A stretch of 64,000 nt of DNA, taken from the NCBI GenBank assembly GCA_963749495.1, contig CAVVMW010000010.1, forward strand, positions 224,001 through 288,000, given 5' to 3'. Source of the DNA: an uncultured bacterium (GTDB lineage Bacteria; Verrucomicrobiota; Verrucomicrobiia; Limisphaerales; UBA8199). The notes beneath the pieces were generated by a model. The model was not told where the DNA came from, searched no databases, and saw only the letters and a list, made by a program, of their open reading frames with translations. Below are positions 51,019 through 61,828 of the stretch, one piece after another. The stretch's first letter is position 1, and each line of letters starts with the position of its first letter. The position numbers and the translations under genes are program-made.

Positions 51019-51305
51019 GAGCCGCCGTTGTGCACATGGCTTTTTGTCGCTCGCGTCCCTTTTGTCCCTTTTGTCCCTTTTGTTTCAGGCGGAAAAGATT
51101 TTGAGACCTCTGACAGCGGATGTCAGAGGTCCCGTGTTAGGCTGTGAGTTGGAAAGCTGGAAGACCCGTGCTTCCAGGGAAACGGCTGTGGGGAGGGAAC
51201 GGGGCGAGGGGGGCTCGTTGCGGTGCCTCCCTCGATTGTTTCCCTCCGGAAACGGCTGCGTTACGGAATCAGGCGGACGGGTCGTCCCGCATTCGGACAA
51301 CAGAA

Positions 51306-52022
51306 ATGAGACTGGGAAAAGATGCCAGGCTCTCGCCGCAAGCGGTCATCGCCCGGCCCGAGTTGGTGGACATTGGCGACTACGCGGCCATCGATCCCTT
51401 TACGGTGATCATGACCGCCGCCACGCTGGGCAACTACGTCCATATCGGGCCGCACTGCTCGGTCCTGGGCGGATGGGATGATCGCCTGGTGATGGGGGAT
51501 TTTTCGAGCCTGGCCGGCGGGTGCCGCATCATTTGTTCGAGCGACGATTGCGCGGGCGAGGGCCTCACCGGGGCGGCTATCCCCCTCCAATTCCGCGTCG
51601 TGAGGATTTCCACCGTCACCCTCCAGCGATTCGTCTCGGTCGGGGTCGATGTCATCATCTTGCCGGGCGTGACCATCGGGGAGGGCGCGGCTATCGCCCC
51701 CGGGACCATGGTCGAGCGAGACCTCGAGCCGTGGGGCCTCTACGAGGGCAGGCCGGCCCGCCGCACCGGCACGCGCCCCCGGGACAGGATCCTGGCCCTG
51801 GCAAAAGAACTGGTGAAGCAGGCAAGCCGCCCCGACTACTTCTCGGCAGATTCTCAAGGCACGAGCTTCGTGGCCGAACGCCCGCCGCCCTGGGGCATCA
51901 GGGGCGCCGAGCGGCAGGGGCACAGAAGGGGAGAAGGAACAGCGCATTCAACAGAAGGAAACGAAGGAAACGAAGGATTGGAACCAGCAAAGCCTGAAAC
52001 CGGCATGACGGACGAGTTTTGA
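51306..52022 (+). CDS. Left-handed beta-helix O-acyltransferase
   Basis: Hexapeptide repeats (LGNYVHIGPHC, ILPGVTIGEGAAI) and YEGRPAR. Confidence 0.8.
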   Translation: MRLGKDARLSPQAVIARPELVDIGDYAAIDPFTVIMTAATLGNYVHIGPHCSVLGGWDDRLVMGDFSSLAGGCRIICSSDDCAGEGLTGAAIPLQFRVVRISTVTLQRFVSVGVDVIILPGVTIGEGAAIAPGTMVERDLEPWGLYEGRPARRTGTRPRDRILALAKELVKQASRPDYFSADSQGTSFVAERPPPWGIRGAERQGHRRGEGTAHSTEGNEGNEGLEPAKPETGMTDEF

Positions 52023-52131
52023 ACATTCGCCCCGCTCTTTCTTGTCCCGAAGGGACATCCGACAATAGCCCAACGGTTCACGTTTCACGCATCACGTTTC
52101 ACGTCTTGCTGCCTCCCGTCCCACGTCTTCA

Positions 52132-54311
52132 TTGGTTGACAAGCGCGGTGGCTCTGCCCAGTCTGGCGTAGTGACAGCAGATGCAACAGGGGCCGGCGGC
52201 GGCGGCCGGAGGCGCCTGGCCCGAGCCGCTGCTCGGGCGCCGCTGGTGCTTTCGAGGTATCTCTGGATCTGGCCCTTGGCAGGGGCCTTGCTGATCGGCC
52301 TGGCCGGCTTCTGGACGCGCGACTTGTTGGAGGGGACGATGAAGACAGAGCTGAGCGGGCGCCTGCAGACCCTGCTCAATGCAGACGTGGCCGCCCTGCA
52401 GCTCTGGATTTCGCAAAAGGAGTCCGACGCCAAGGCCTTCGTGGCGGACCCGCCGGTTCGCGAGGCGATCCTGGGCTTGGCCGAGCAGGCAAAGCAGCCC
52501 GGCATCAGCCAATCCGCCCTGGCGCAGTCTCAGGCCGCGCGGGCCTTGCAGCTTGCCCTCAAGCCACTCTTGGAATCACACAAATACCTGGATTACGTCG
52601 TCATCGGGGCGGGCGAGCGTGTGCTGGCGTCACCGATGGCCTCACAGGTCGGCGGCCGGGGGCCGGCGGCTACAGGTTGTTTGCGCGGCGGGCGCTGGAC
52701 GGGCAATCCACCGTGTCGCGGCCCTTTGCGGGCGAGCCTGCGCCTGGGGAACAGGAACGACCCCCTGTGATGTTCGTGGCCGCGCCGGTCAGAGCTGCCG
52801 ACGGCACGGTGGCGGCGGCGCTTGGCCTGCGGATGAAGCCCGAGGAGGAGTTCAGCCAAATCTTCCTGGTGGCCCGGATGGGCGAGAGCGGCGAGGCCTA
52901 CGCCTTCGACAACCAGGGCGTGATGCTGAGCACATCGAGGTTCGAGCCGGAGTTGAAGTACCTCGGTTTGATTCCCGATACGCCCCAGGCAACGGCCATT
53001 CTAAACCTGCGGTTGCTGGACCCCGGGGCCGACCTGGATCGCGGCGAACCCCCCGCGCTGCCCCGCCAGCGGATGCGCCTTACGCGCATGGCCGCCTCGG
53101 CCACCCATCAATCGCAAGGCTGCGATGTCGAGGGATACCGGAACTACCGCGGCGTCAACGTCATCGGCGCCTGGACCTGGCTGCCGGGCTGCAACCTGGG
53201 CGTGGCGACGGAGGAGGCCACGGACGAGGCCTTCGAGACGTTGTTTGTCGTGCGGCGGGTCTTTCTGACGTTGTTTCTGCTGTTGGTCCTGGGCGGGATT
53301 GCCATTTTTGCCTTCTCCCTGCTGCTGGAGCGGCTGCAGGCCTCTGTCCTCAAGAGCACCGTGGCCGCCCGGCGCCTGGGCCAATACGTGCTGGTCCAGG
53401 AGATCGGGCGCGGGGCCAACGGGATGGTCTATCGCGCCCGGCACACACTGCTGCGCCTGCCCGTGGCCGTCAAGGTGCTCAGCCCCGACCTCACCAACGC
53501 GGCAACGGCCGAACGCTTCGAGCACGAGGTCCAAATCACCAGCCAGCTCACCCATCCCAATACAGTGGCCATCTACGATTACGGGCGCACCCCGGAGGGC
53601 CTCTTCTACTATGCCATGGAATACTTGAGCGGCATCAACCTCGACCGGCTCGGACGCGAATTCGGCCCGCAACCCGAGGGACGTGTCATCCATATCTTGC
53701 GCCAGGTCTGCGGCTCCGTCGCCGAGGCGCACCGGGTGGGGCTCATCCACCGTGACCTCAAACCCGCCAATATCCTCCTCACTCGCCGCGGCGGCGTCTG
53801 CGACACCGTCAAGGTGCTCGACTTCGGCCTGGTCAAAGCCTCCCATGCGGGCCCCGAGGGCCTGGCCGAAGGTGCCGTCGTCGGCACCCCTCACTTCATG
53901 TCCCCTGAAGCCATCCAGACCCCGGAGGTCCTGGACGCCCGCAGCGACCTTTACTCGCTCGGGGCCGTCGGCTATTGGTTGCTCACCGGCAAGACCCTCT
54001 TCGAGACCGACAACGTCCAACAACTGCTCGAACGGCAGGTCAAGGAAACACCCTGCGCCCCCTCCCAGCGGCTGGGCCGGGAGATTTCAGCCGACCTCGA
54101 GGACTTGATCCTGTGCTGCCTGGCCAAGCTGCCCGCCCAGCGGCCCGCCGGCGCAGAGGCCCTTGAAGAGGCCCTGGGCCGCTGCCGGACTGCCGGCGCC
54201 TGGACCCCGCAAGACGCCGCCTGCTGGTGGAAGACCCACCTCCCCGCCGTCGAAACCGCCCCCGCAGCCGTCATGGCCGAAAAGACCCTCGTCATCGCGC
54301 CCAGACCCTGA
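52132..54311 (+). CDS. Membrane Ser/Thr kinase with Cache-like sensor (frameshift near 52660)
   Basis: Membrane helix, MGESGEAYAF...GYRNYRG sensor region, second helix, then IGRGANG, HRDLKPAN, DFG and GTPHFMSPE. Confidence 0.85.
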
Positions 54312-54693
54312 AACAGGGCGGTTTTGGCCATCCCAGTAAGCCGGTGCCTGCGACGGAGTTTGACTCGGCACTGCACACTCGCCGTTTCTTTTGTTTTGCT
54401 CGCTGGCATGCAAAACAAGCGGTTGAGTTTCAGCGACCCCGGCCGAGAATGCCATTTACGGGGTGCTCAAGGCGGTGCCGGTTCTGAGCTTTCAACAAGC
54501 GGTCTGGCAGCAGGCCCGCTATCGGGGCCAGGACGGGCAGGTAGTCCTGTGGGACGGCAAGGCCTCGCGGCAACACCACAATCCACCACGGTCCCTGCCG
54601 CAGGGCCGTGCGGGAATTGGAGCACGGGCCTGCGGCGCGGTGGCGGCCGGTTCGTGCTTGGCACCGCCCCCCCAGCGGCGTTACAGTCAGGAC

Positions 54694-54900
54694 ATGAGCA
54701 CGGTGATGGAAATCAAGCAGGCGGTGACCAAGCTGACGCCGCGCAAGAAGCTGGCGCTGGCGCGTTGGCTCCAGGCGCAAATTGACGATCGCCTCAGCGA
54801 CGAGGAGATGGTGGCGATCGCGGCGGAGGGCGCGCGGGCCCTCGATAAACGGGAGGCTGCGGATGCCAAGCGTGAGGCGTGGCGAGGTCTGGCAGGTTGA
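54694..54900 (+). CDS. Antitoxin
   Basis: MSTVMEIKQAVTKL...; overlaps a PemK-like gene. Confidence 0.65.
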   Translation: MSTVMEIKQAVTKLTPRKKLALARWLQAQIDDRLSDEEMVAIAAEGARALDKREAADAKREAWRGLAG

Positions 54901-55179
54901 TTTCGGCTCGCGGCCAAGGTACGCCCAGCCTTGGTGCTGGGTTGCGACATCGCGGACGAAGACCGAGTACCGGTCGCGCTGGTCTTTCACACAACGGCTT
55001 TACGCGGTTCCCGTTACGAGGTGCCGTTGCGAGTCCCGGGCCTCGACCATGGCGGTTTCGATGCCCAGAGCCTTTACACGGTTCCCGCTGTCAAACTCAT
55101 CCGTCGACGGGCGGTGCTGACGCCAGCCCAATTGAAGGAGGTCGAAGCGCGTGTCAAACTTTGGCTTGGGTTGACTTGA
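54863..55179 (+). CDS. PemK/MazF family toxin (frameshift near 54906)
   Basis: RRGEVWQVDFG / AKVRPALVL...LKEVEARVKLWLGL. Confidence 0.8.
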
Positions 55180-55239
55180 TTGACCCAGCCTGAATGGCGC
55201 TGCTGAGAGGGCCACAGGGGCCCCATCGCACGTATACCG

Positions 55240-55784
55240 GAAGAGGCCGACCCGGAGGCGTTCGAGGCTTTGCGCCGGGGCTGGTGCCTCGGGGGCGACA
55301 ATTTCAGGCGGCAGATGCTCTTGCGCATGGACGGAGAAAGGGTCAACCCATAGTTTGGGGTTTTTTGGTTGCCTGAAGTATCTGAAGGTTAATATAGGGC
55401 GAACACGCCTCGCAAACTGCGCATCGCGGCGGCACGAGCGATGGGTCGCAACCGCCTTTAGGCATCTGCGCCGATGAAAGCGAATGAACGACAACGAACC
55501 AAACTACGGCTGACCCCTTTCCTGACGCAGTCCGTTTGCATTTTTTGGAATTGCTGAGCCAGCTTGGGGAGTGTTTTGGCGTAAGGGTTCCGCTTACGCC
55601 GGCTACCGCCCGCCGCTGGCGTGGGTCTGGCGCGAGCCGCTGGCCCGGTTATGGGTTTGAGTCAACTGGCGGTTTGGACTACGCCGTAGTGAGCAAAACC
55701 CTCGCCCGCTTTGGCCGGCGCCTCGAAACCGATCCCCGCCTGCGAGAAGAAATAGCCGCAATCCGGGACCGATTGTCCAAATGA
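55240..55784 (+). pseudogene. Fragments of REP-associated tyrosine transposase (RAYT)-like genes
   Basis: EALRRGWCLGGDNFR (55240-55332) and GGLDYAVVSKTLARFGRRLETD, a C-terminal HTH piece. Confidence 0.5.
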
Positions 55785-55894
55785 CAAGACACGACCCCAA
55801 TGGGTTTCCCAATGGGTTTCGAGCAGGTTGGCACAACCCGGGCAAAAAACCAGCGCCAAAGACAAGCTTGTGTCATTAGTTTGGACCCCTTTTC

Positions 55895-56014
55895 GGCCAC
55901 GCCGCACATCTGCGCCAGCAAGCGGTCGCTCAAGTTTCCAAATTCGGCGAGCGCGATTTCCACCCCACGGCGCTTGTCGGCGTTCGAGCGGCGCAACCCG
56001 TGCTTCTGATTGCC
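55895..56014 (-). pseudogene. ParB-like phage protein fragment
   Basis: NQKHGLRRSNADKRRGVEIAL...LSDRLLAQMCGV. Confidence 0.55.
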
Positions 56015-56200
56015 TGAACGGTTTCAATCTGCCCGTGCCATTGCTTCGTTTTGCGGTTGCGCCTTCAACCCGACTCGTGTTTCATTTGACGCCGCAGATG
56101 CAAGATAAGACTCGTCAATCCGTGCCCGTTGGGAAGAAAGCCGCGTTGCGATTCGTGAGAATTCTGGCAGCGGAGACGACATCCGTTTCCTGAGAACCGC

Positions 56201-57265
56201 ATGATGATGCAGCAAGTTCCAGCCGGTTTTGAATCATCACATGCTGAATGGCTGCGAATGGGAGGACAAGCCTTTCGCGAACTCCATCGGTTTGGTCCTA
56301 GGCCAGATTTCTATCGAAACCGTTATTGGAAACTGGTCAAGGAGGCCGTTCTTACGTCGAGGCAAGCGAAATGTTGCAGGTGCGCTCAAGATGCAAGTCA
56401 GGTCCATCATCTAAATTACGAATTTGTGGGCGAGGACCATCTTCACCCTGACACTCTGGTAGCCATATGCAAGTCGTGTCATGGTTTGCTTGAATACGCC
56501 CGCAAAGCGGAATCGCTGATTTCGCGAATTTCACGCAGAATGTCCCTGTGCAAACGGTTTTCGGACGGGCGCCCTTGTCGTGACCAGACCGCAGCTCACG
56601 TCGGTGCGCGTCTGCTTGAGTATCAGGACGAACTTGCCGAACTGCGGAGTCTATTTGCAACCGAAATTCATTACCGCAATCCCCGAATCAGGTCTGAGGC
56701 CGAGAGGGAGGCTGCCCTTGCCCAGTTTCGCCAGAAACGTCAGGGTTACGAAGAACGGGGGGTGAATTTGGTCGCGAAATGGAACGGCAGTGAAAAAGAG
56801 AAAGCCGAACGACTGCTGCCTATGCTGGAGTTGGAAATACACAAGTGTCGGAAGTTCGTTGCCGAAGTTTTTCAACCTATTTCTCGCCCCGCTGGACATC
56901 TTCCATCGGCTGGCGAGGCTAGCATTTCTGCTTGGTCGAAGGACGGGCGGCCAAGTGCCACGCCAGAATCTGAAGGCAAAGCGCATCAAATCGAGTCTCT
57001 TGTTGTGGGAATCAAATATCATCGGGGCCATGTGGATGGTGTTGCGCCAGGAGACAGCGTGCGATTTGTGCGAGAACCAAATAACCCTTATGACCCAAAC
57101 GCGATAAAAGTGACCATGCATATGGATGAGACTCTGGGATACCTTACGACGGAGTTCGCCGCCGTCCTTGCCAAACAGATGGATGCCGGAATGTGTGTTC
57201 GAGCCGAAGTTTCCAGGATTGTGCGGGAAAAGGTTTATGTTGTAGTCACCGTTGGGGATGCGTAA
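56201..57265 (+). CDS. HNH endonuclease - helical linker - HIRAN domain fusion
   Basis: N-terminal CCRC...QVHHLNY...LVAICKSCH. C-terminal VVGIKYH...VREPNNPYDPNAIKV...LGYL. Visibly lower GC than the flanks. Confidence 0.8.
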   Translation: MMMQQVPAGFESSHAEWLRMGGQAFRELHRFGPRPDFYRNRYWKLVKEAVLTSRQAKCCRCAQDASQVHHLNYEFVGEDHLHPDTLVAICKSCHGLLEYARKAESLISRISRRMSLCKRFSDGRPCRDQTAAHVGARLLEYQDELAELRSLFATEIHYRNPRIRSEAEREAALAQFRQKRQGYEERGVNLVAKWNGSEKEKAERLLPMLELEIHKCRKFVAEVFQPISRPAGHLPSAGEASISAWSKDGRPSATPESEGKAHQIESLVVGIKYHRGHVDGVAPGDSVRFVREPNNPYDPNAIKVTMHMDETLGYLTTEFAAVLAKQMDAGMCVRAEVSRIVREKVYVVVTVGDA

Positions 57266-57504
57266 ACCGAGCGCCAGCCTTTGTTCTACATCTCTGATTG
57301 CCAGCAGCCAGGGGATTTACACGAACCTGAGGGCGGCATCACCCGGGAGTGCGTAAACGCAGCCGTCGCACCGAGTATTCAATGCGCAACATCGGCCACG
57401 TCCCGCCCGCGCTCCTGGCCGACTCGGCCACCGGCTTCATCCAGTTCGTCCCGGCCAGCTTCAAGGACGAGCGGGCCAAGGACAATTTTGCCAACGCTGC
57501 CCGG

Positions 57505-57732
57505 CTGATTGTTGAGCTGCTGGTGCGTGTCCCCCGGCGCCACAATCAGCACCGCGCCCTTGGGCCTGAGCTGGTCCGCCTGCCGCGTCCAGCCGAGCTT
57601 GAGCAGCGGCCAGACCACCGCCGCGATGGACTTGCCCAGCCCGCAATCCCAGGACAGCACCAGCCGCTCCTTCATGGCCGCCCGGGCCAGGTCCTGACGT
57701 TGAAACGGACGAAGTGTAAGTGATTGGTTCAT
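57505..57732 (-). pseudogene. N-terminal stub of an SNF2/SF2 helicase
   Basis: Q-motif LRPFQ, Walker A WDCGLGKS and motif Ia VLIVAPG, then truncated. Confidence 0.7.
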
Positions 57733-57755
57733 AGGTCGTTTTCGGAGTTGTAAAT

Positions 57756-58295
57756 ATGCAAAAAGAGTTGCAAGCTGCTCGCATGAAAGTCAGTCGAATC
57801 GCCCCTCTTCTTGCGCTGCTCCTGCTGCTTCCCTCATGCGGTAATCGGGCCAAACACGAAGCGGCCAAGGAGTTCAGGGATGCTCTCGCGGCGATGAAGG
57901 TTGCCTGCCACGGAACGCTGGAAGAATTTCGGCAGAGCCGGGTCAAGCTGGATACCGTCTTCGAGGCGAACAAGGAAGTGCTCCCCATAAACCCCGGGGA
58001 ATATGCTGTGCTCCATGAGCTCTTGTTGGCGTGCCAAATCTGCTGGGCGCAGCACCTTCGGCTGGATGACTATGGCATGGTCGCACGCTACGGTCCATGC
58101 CACGTGCTGCCGCGCAGGGACGTGGATATATGGCTGGCGATGGTCTATATCAGCCCTGAATTGCAGTTGAAGACCGACACCCAAGATGAGGCGCGAATGC
58201 GCGACCCCGATTTCACCATCGAACCGCACCTCGCCCGCGGCCTTGCCAAAGCGGCTCAAATCTCCCAAGGCTTCATGGCCAGGCTGGCCCGCTAA
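57756..58295 (+). CDS. Putative lipoprotein, opposite to the flanking phage genes
   Basis: MKVSRIAPLLALLLLLPSCG lipobox. Confidence 0.6.
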   Translation: MQKELQAARMKVSRIAPLLALLLLLPSCGNRAKHEAAKEFRDALAAMKVACHGTLEEFRQSRVKLDTVFEANKEVLPINPGEYAVLHELLLACQICWAQHLRLDDYGMVARYGPCHVLPRRDVDIWLAMVYISPELQLKTDTQDEARMRDPDFTIEPHLARGLAKAAQISQGFMARLAR

Positions 58296-58316
58296 GCTCG
58301 AGGCCTTTGCCATCGG

Positions 58317-58551
58317 CTATTGGCTACTGGCTGTCTCTGGTCTGAAAGACCGCAGGACCGCCTCCAGCCCATCGAGCGCCTCCAGGTTCCTCCCGTACTC
58401 TGCCGGGTCCATGGTCGCCACGTCGGGCACCTCCGGGATGGTGAAATGCGCCACCAGCTCCTGCAGCGTGAAATCAGTCGCCGTGGTCGAGCCGTCGCAC
58501 TTTGGATTCCCAACCACCGTATTTGGGTCATTCTTGAGCCGCGCGTCACTG
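58317..58551 (-). pseudogene. C-terminal exon of a phage-like gene interrupted by the intron
   Basis: SDARLKND...DFTLQELVAHFTIPEVPDVA...*, with GC3-rich codon usage. Confidence 0.5.
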
Positions 58552-59369
58552 GTCGAGTGGGGCGGACGCGCAGCCGGTTTTAGACCAATGGCTTCCAGTC
58601 TTTCAGCCCTTTCGAGCATCGTGCCAAACAGCCCTCGGGTCATGCCGATGTTTCCTCCGCCCCGTCTATTCATTCCGTACGGCGGGTTTTCCCCAGTACC
58701 GCTGGAAACCAGCCTTGCCATCCTGCGCCCTTCCGAAACCTGTCGGGGCTTCGTTTGACGCAGGACCTGCGGTTCATCCGTTTCTGGCCATTTCATATCC
58801 AGGCGTCTGGAACCGCGGCTGCACCCACAGGCCCTTGGCTCAGCACGGTTTATCATGTCCGCGCCTGCAATCGCTACTACGGCCTGATCCGCCAGCCTGA
58901 CGAACTCCGTCCAGCTTGGCTTTCTCCGCTTACGCTGGCCGGTCTTTGCCCTTATCGGGCCGTTCGGCTCGCCTTCCCTTCTTTGCTTTGTCATACTGTC
59001 CATACATGCCGCTACCTCTACCCCGTCGGCTGACCAAGCTCACTTGATGGCTTATCCCTCGGTCATGGGAGCATTCGCCATTCCTATCGCGCTTCGGCTG
59101 TTCCGAATTTAGCCCCCTCACTGGCTTCAGAGGAGGAAACAATCTCGGGGCGGCAGTTTTCTCGTAATGTTGCGGCCTGCACGTTGGCTAGAGCGGCTGA
59201 CCAGTCCCCGCCGGCGTTTATGCGCCGCCGACAGGCCCGCCCGTTTACGGCAGAGCTTGCCCCAGCCAGGGTCTCCCCCGGCCAGGGTCTGCTATCACTA
59301 CTCGGCCCAACCATCCCTTGCCGAGGCAGGACTTGCGCCGGCGAGCATGTCAAAGGTTGAAGGCTGCAC
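58552..59369 (-). ncRNA. ORF-less group II intron (~818 nt)
   Basis: 5' end GTGCAGCCTTCAACC. Domain V-like TCCAGCGGTACTGGGGAAAACCCGCCGTACGGAATG. Domain VI GGGGCGGA...TCCGCCCC, bulged A, then CTCGAC. No reverse transcriptase ORF inside. Confidence 0.8.
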
Positions 59370-59419
59370 ATAGGAATTTGGTTTTTTGCGGCGCCGGCGG
59401 TTTTGACGCTGCGCGGGTG

Positions 59420-59860
59420 ATGCACGGGAGCGCGGACAAGCTCACGCCGCCGGTCGGCATCCGGGCGGTGGCGGTGCTGCACAAGAACGCGGAGAAAGTC
59501 CCGCAGATCCTGGGTGAGCACCTGGGCGGGCGGCACCGCTGGGCGGTGGGCATGGAGGTGGATTATCACCCGCTCGAATCCGGATTTGTGCTGCTGCGCC
59601 TCGAGCAGGGGAAAAAGAAGGCCCGGGCGCTGCTCGACCTTTCGAGCCCGCCCGAATTCAAGAAGGCCGGCATGGGCTATGTCGAGCTGGCTGAGGCGCC
59701 GGAGGAGCTGATCGAGACGCTCGACCTGAACGAGATGCGGATCAAGCCGGACGCGATCTGCGAGAAGATGCGGGTGGTCCTGCTCAAGGGCGGGATCAAT
59801 GGCAAGGTCCACTACAAGGGCGTGGGCCTGGTGCGGCTGGGCGCGGAAGGCGAGGCCTAG
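59420..59860 (+). pseudogene. C-terminal part of a phage head-morphogenesis (prohead protease-like) protein
   Basis: WAVGMEVDY...GKVHYKGVGLVRLGAE. First gene of a three-gene head-like module; the 5' part is missing. Confidence 0.4.
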
Positions 59861-60160
59861 GTGCAGCAGATGCTGGCGAGCGGGACAGAGCCATGGATGA
59901 GCGAACTCGCGGAATATTACCGCCGGCTGGCCGCGGAGATTAAACCGCTAATCCACGCTGATAATCGCTAATGGAAATGGCCCGCGAAATACGCGAAACA
60001 TACGAAAGAGTTCTCTTTTCGCGTGTTTGGCGTGTTTCGCGGGCGCGTTTAGCCTTCAATTCATTTTTAACGATTTGCATTTTTATTGTTGACAGCTTGG
60101 CGGAAATATGAGGCAGGGGAGGCAAGACAGTGAAATAACGAGACGTTGAGACGAGAAACC

Positions 60161-60619
60161 ATGAAACTTTCGGACATCAAGACCGGGGCGGACGTGAGGA
60201 AATTCCTCAGCCAGTTTTACACCGGGCAGGTGCAGGCCCTGCACGGGCTCATCGAAAAGCTGCCGGAGAGCCTCCGGCCCGAATTGAAAAAGCTCCACGA
60301 TGAGCTGAACGAGGCGCTCAGCGGGCTGGAGCCGCTGGAGCAGATCCCGGCCGCGCAGGAAGCGGCGTGGAGCTTCAACAGCCTGGCGCGCGCCATGATC
60401 CAGATCCAGGAGTACGCCGGCGGCCTCCTCGAGCGCCTCAAGAAGATGCAGGAGGAGATCACCGGCAAGGCGACCGAGTTCAACAGCGAGCTGGCCCTCC
60501 TCGCGGATGTCCTGCCGAGCACGCGCGAGCCCAGGGCAGAGCCGCTCCTGGGCGGCGGCGCCCCGGCTGCGGCGGCAACCGAGAACAAACCGAAAGGGAG
60601 GAAACTGACTTTGGCCTGA
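60161..60619 (+). CDS. Coiled-coil phage scaffold-like protein (possibly internally deleted)
   Basis: Helical E/K/L-rich sequence with a basic C-terminal tail. Position between the protease-like and decoration-like genes. Confidence 0.45.
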   Translation: MKLSDIKTGADVRKFLSQFYTGQVQALHGLIEKLPESLRPELKKLHDELNEALSGLEPLEQIPAAQEAAWSFNSLARAMIQIQEYAGGLLERLKKMQEEITGKATEFNSELALLADVLPSTREPRAEPLLGGGAPAAAATENKPKGRKLTLA

Positions 60620-60686
60620 CGGCCAATAGCCTGCCTGCCGGCAGGCAGGCCAATAACCAACTGAAACCTGAACCAAGCAAACAAAT

Positions 60687-61178
60687 ATGAACTTTTACCC
60701 GGCTTCTCCATTCGAGATCACGCGGCGGGACCGCTCGATCAACGCGTCTCTCCAATTCACGGCGCCCGAGGGCCCGGATTCCGTCCCGCGCGGGTTCGCG
60801 CTGGGCGCCCACGCCACGGACCCGGCGCAGTTCGATGTGGCGCAACACAACACGTTCATTGGCCACCTGACGCGCCAAGTGCGGGTCGGCGTCACGTCCG
60901 ACACCCCGGTGGGCGTGGAATCGCCCTTCACCAATGGCCAGGAGGTCACGGTGGAGAAGGCCAAGGAGATCGAAGCGGAAGGCTCGGCCTACCTGGTTGT
61001 CAGCGGCGTGAACGCCATCACGGCGAATACGCCGGTCGGGACCGACTTGTGCTTCTACAACGGCTACCTCGGGGTGAGGTCGAGCGGGCTGCACACGAAC
61101 TACATCCTGACGGCCAACAACCTGACGCCGCAGACGCAGGGCAACCTGCGCATCCGGGCGGAGTTCTTCGCGGGCTAA
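60687..61178 (+). CDS. Phage capsid decoration/cement-like protein
   Basis: 163-aa beta-rich ORF with typical codon usage. Function inferred from context only. Confidence 0.45.
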   Translation: MNFYPASPFEITRRDRSINASLQFTAPEGPDSVPRGFALGAHATDPAQFDVAQHNTFIGHLTRQVRVGVTSDTPVGVESPFTNGQEVTVEKAKEIEAEGSAYLVVSGVNAITANTPVGTDLCFYNGYLGVRSSGLHTNYILTANNLTPQTQGNLRIRAEFFAG

Positions 61179-61466
61179 AAACGGCTGAACCTGGCGACGG
61201 AATTGCAATTTTAACAACTGGTCGGAGGAAGGGGTCAACCACGGTCGGAGGAAGGGGTCAACGAATAACTTTACACTTATGCGTCCTCTGACTGCGCTCG
61301 TTTGCTCTTACTGTCGCCACGGCTCATGACCTGATTAACGTCTATGGCGGAAGTTATAATCTGACGCCTCCCACCTGGGTAACTGATTCACTACTTGACC
61401 CTCGCGCCCGTTCCGTGTCAGGGTGTCGATCAGCCGCTCAAGAACGGTATATTTGAGCAATTTGTC

Positions 61467-61709
61467 ATGACGATTGCAATTGAAGCCTCGCCAAGAACCG
61501 ACGCCTGGCTGGAACGGAAGGCCAGCGCGGCCGGTGCGGACAAAGCATCGGTCGCCTCCCGTGTCCTCGACCAGGCCGCCGAAAAGGACCTGCCACCGCT
61601 GCCATATTCTCCAGAAGAACGGCTTCGCCGGTTTCGAGCCTGGGTCGTCACCGTTCCCGCTCGCCCCGGTCCGCCGGTTGATGCGCGGCGCGAGACCATA
61701 TACGACTGA
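61467..61709 (+). CDS. Antitoxin (VapB-like)
   Basis: MTIAIEASPRTDAWLERKA...RRETIYD, upstream of a PIN stub. Confidence 0.7.
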   Translation: MTIAIEASPRTDAWLERKASAAGADKASVASRVLDQAAEKDLPPLPYSPEERLRRFRAWVVTVPARPGPPVDARRETIYD

Positions 61710-61724
61710 TGCGCAACGCCGGCC

Positions 61725-61820
61725 GTGTCCATCCTTGTTGACTCCAACATCCTCTGCCGGTTAGCCAGGAGCGATGACCCCCAACACGAGGCGGCCAAAA
61801 AGGCTGTCGAAGTCTGCTAA
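61725..61820 (+). pseudogene. Truncated VapC/PIN toxin
   Basis: MSILVDSNILCR...DDPQHEAAKKAV stops just before a MITE. Confidence 0.7.
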
Positions 61821-61828
61821 AGCCATCG

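Noticed and set aside
58317..59003. 228-aa ORF as an intron-encoded protein
   Set aside because: It has no RT, maturase or endonuclease motifs and simply reads through intron RNA domains into the 3' exon.
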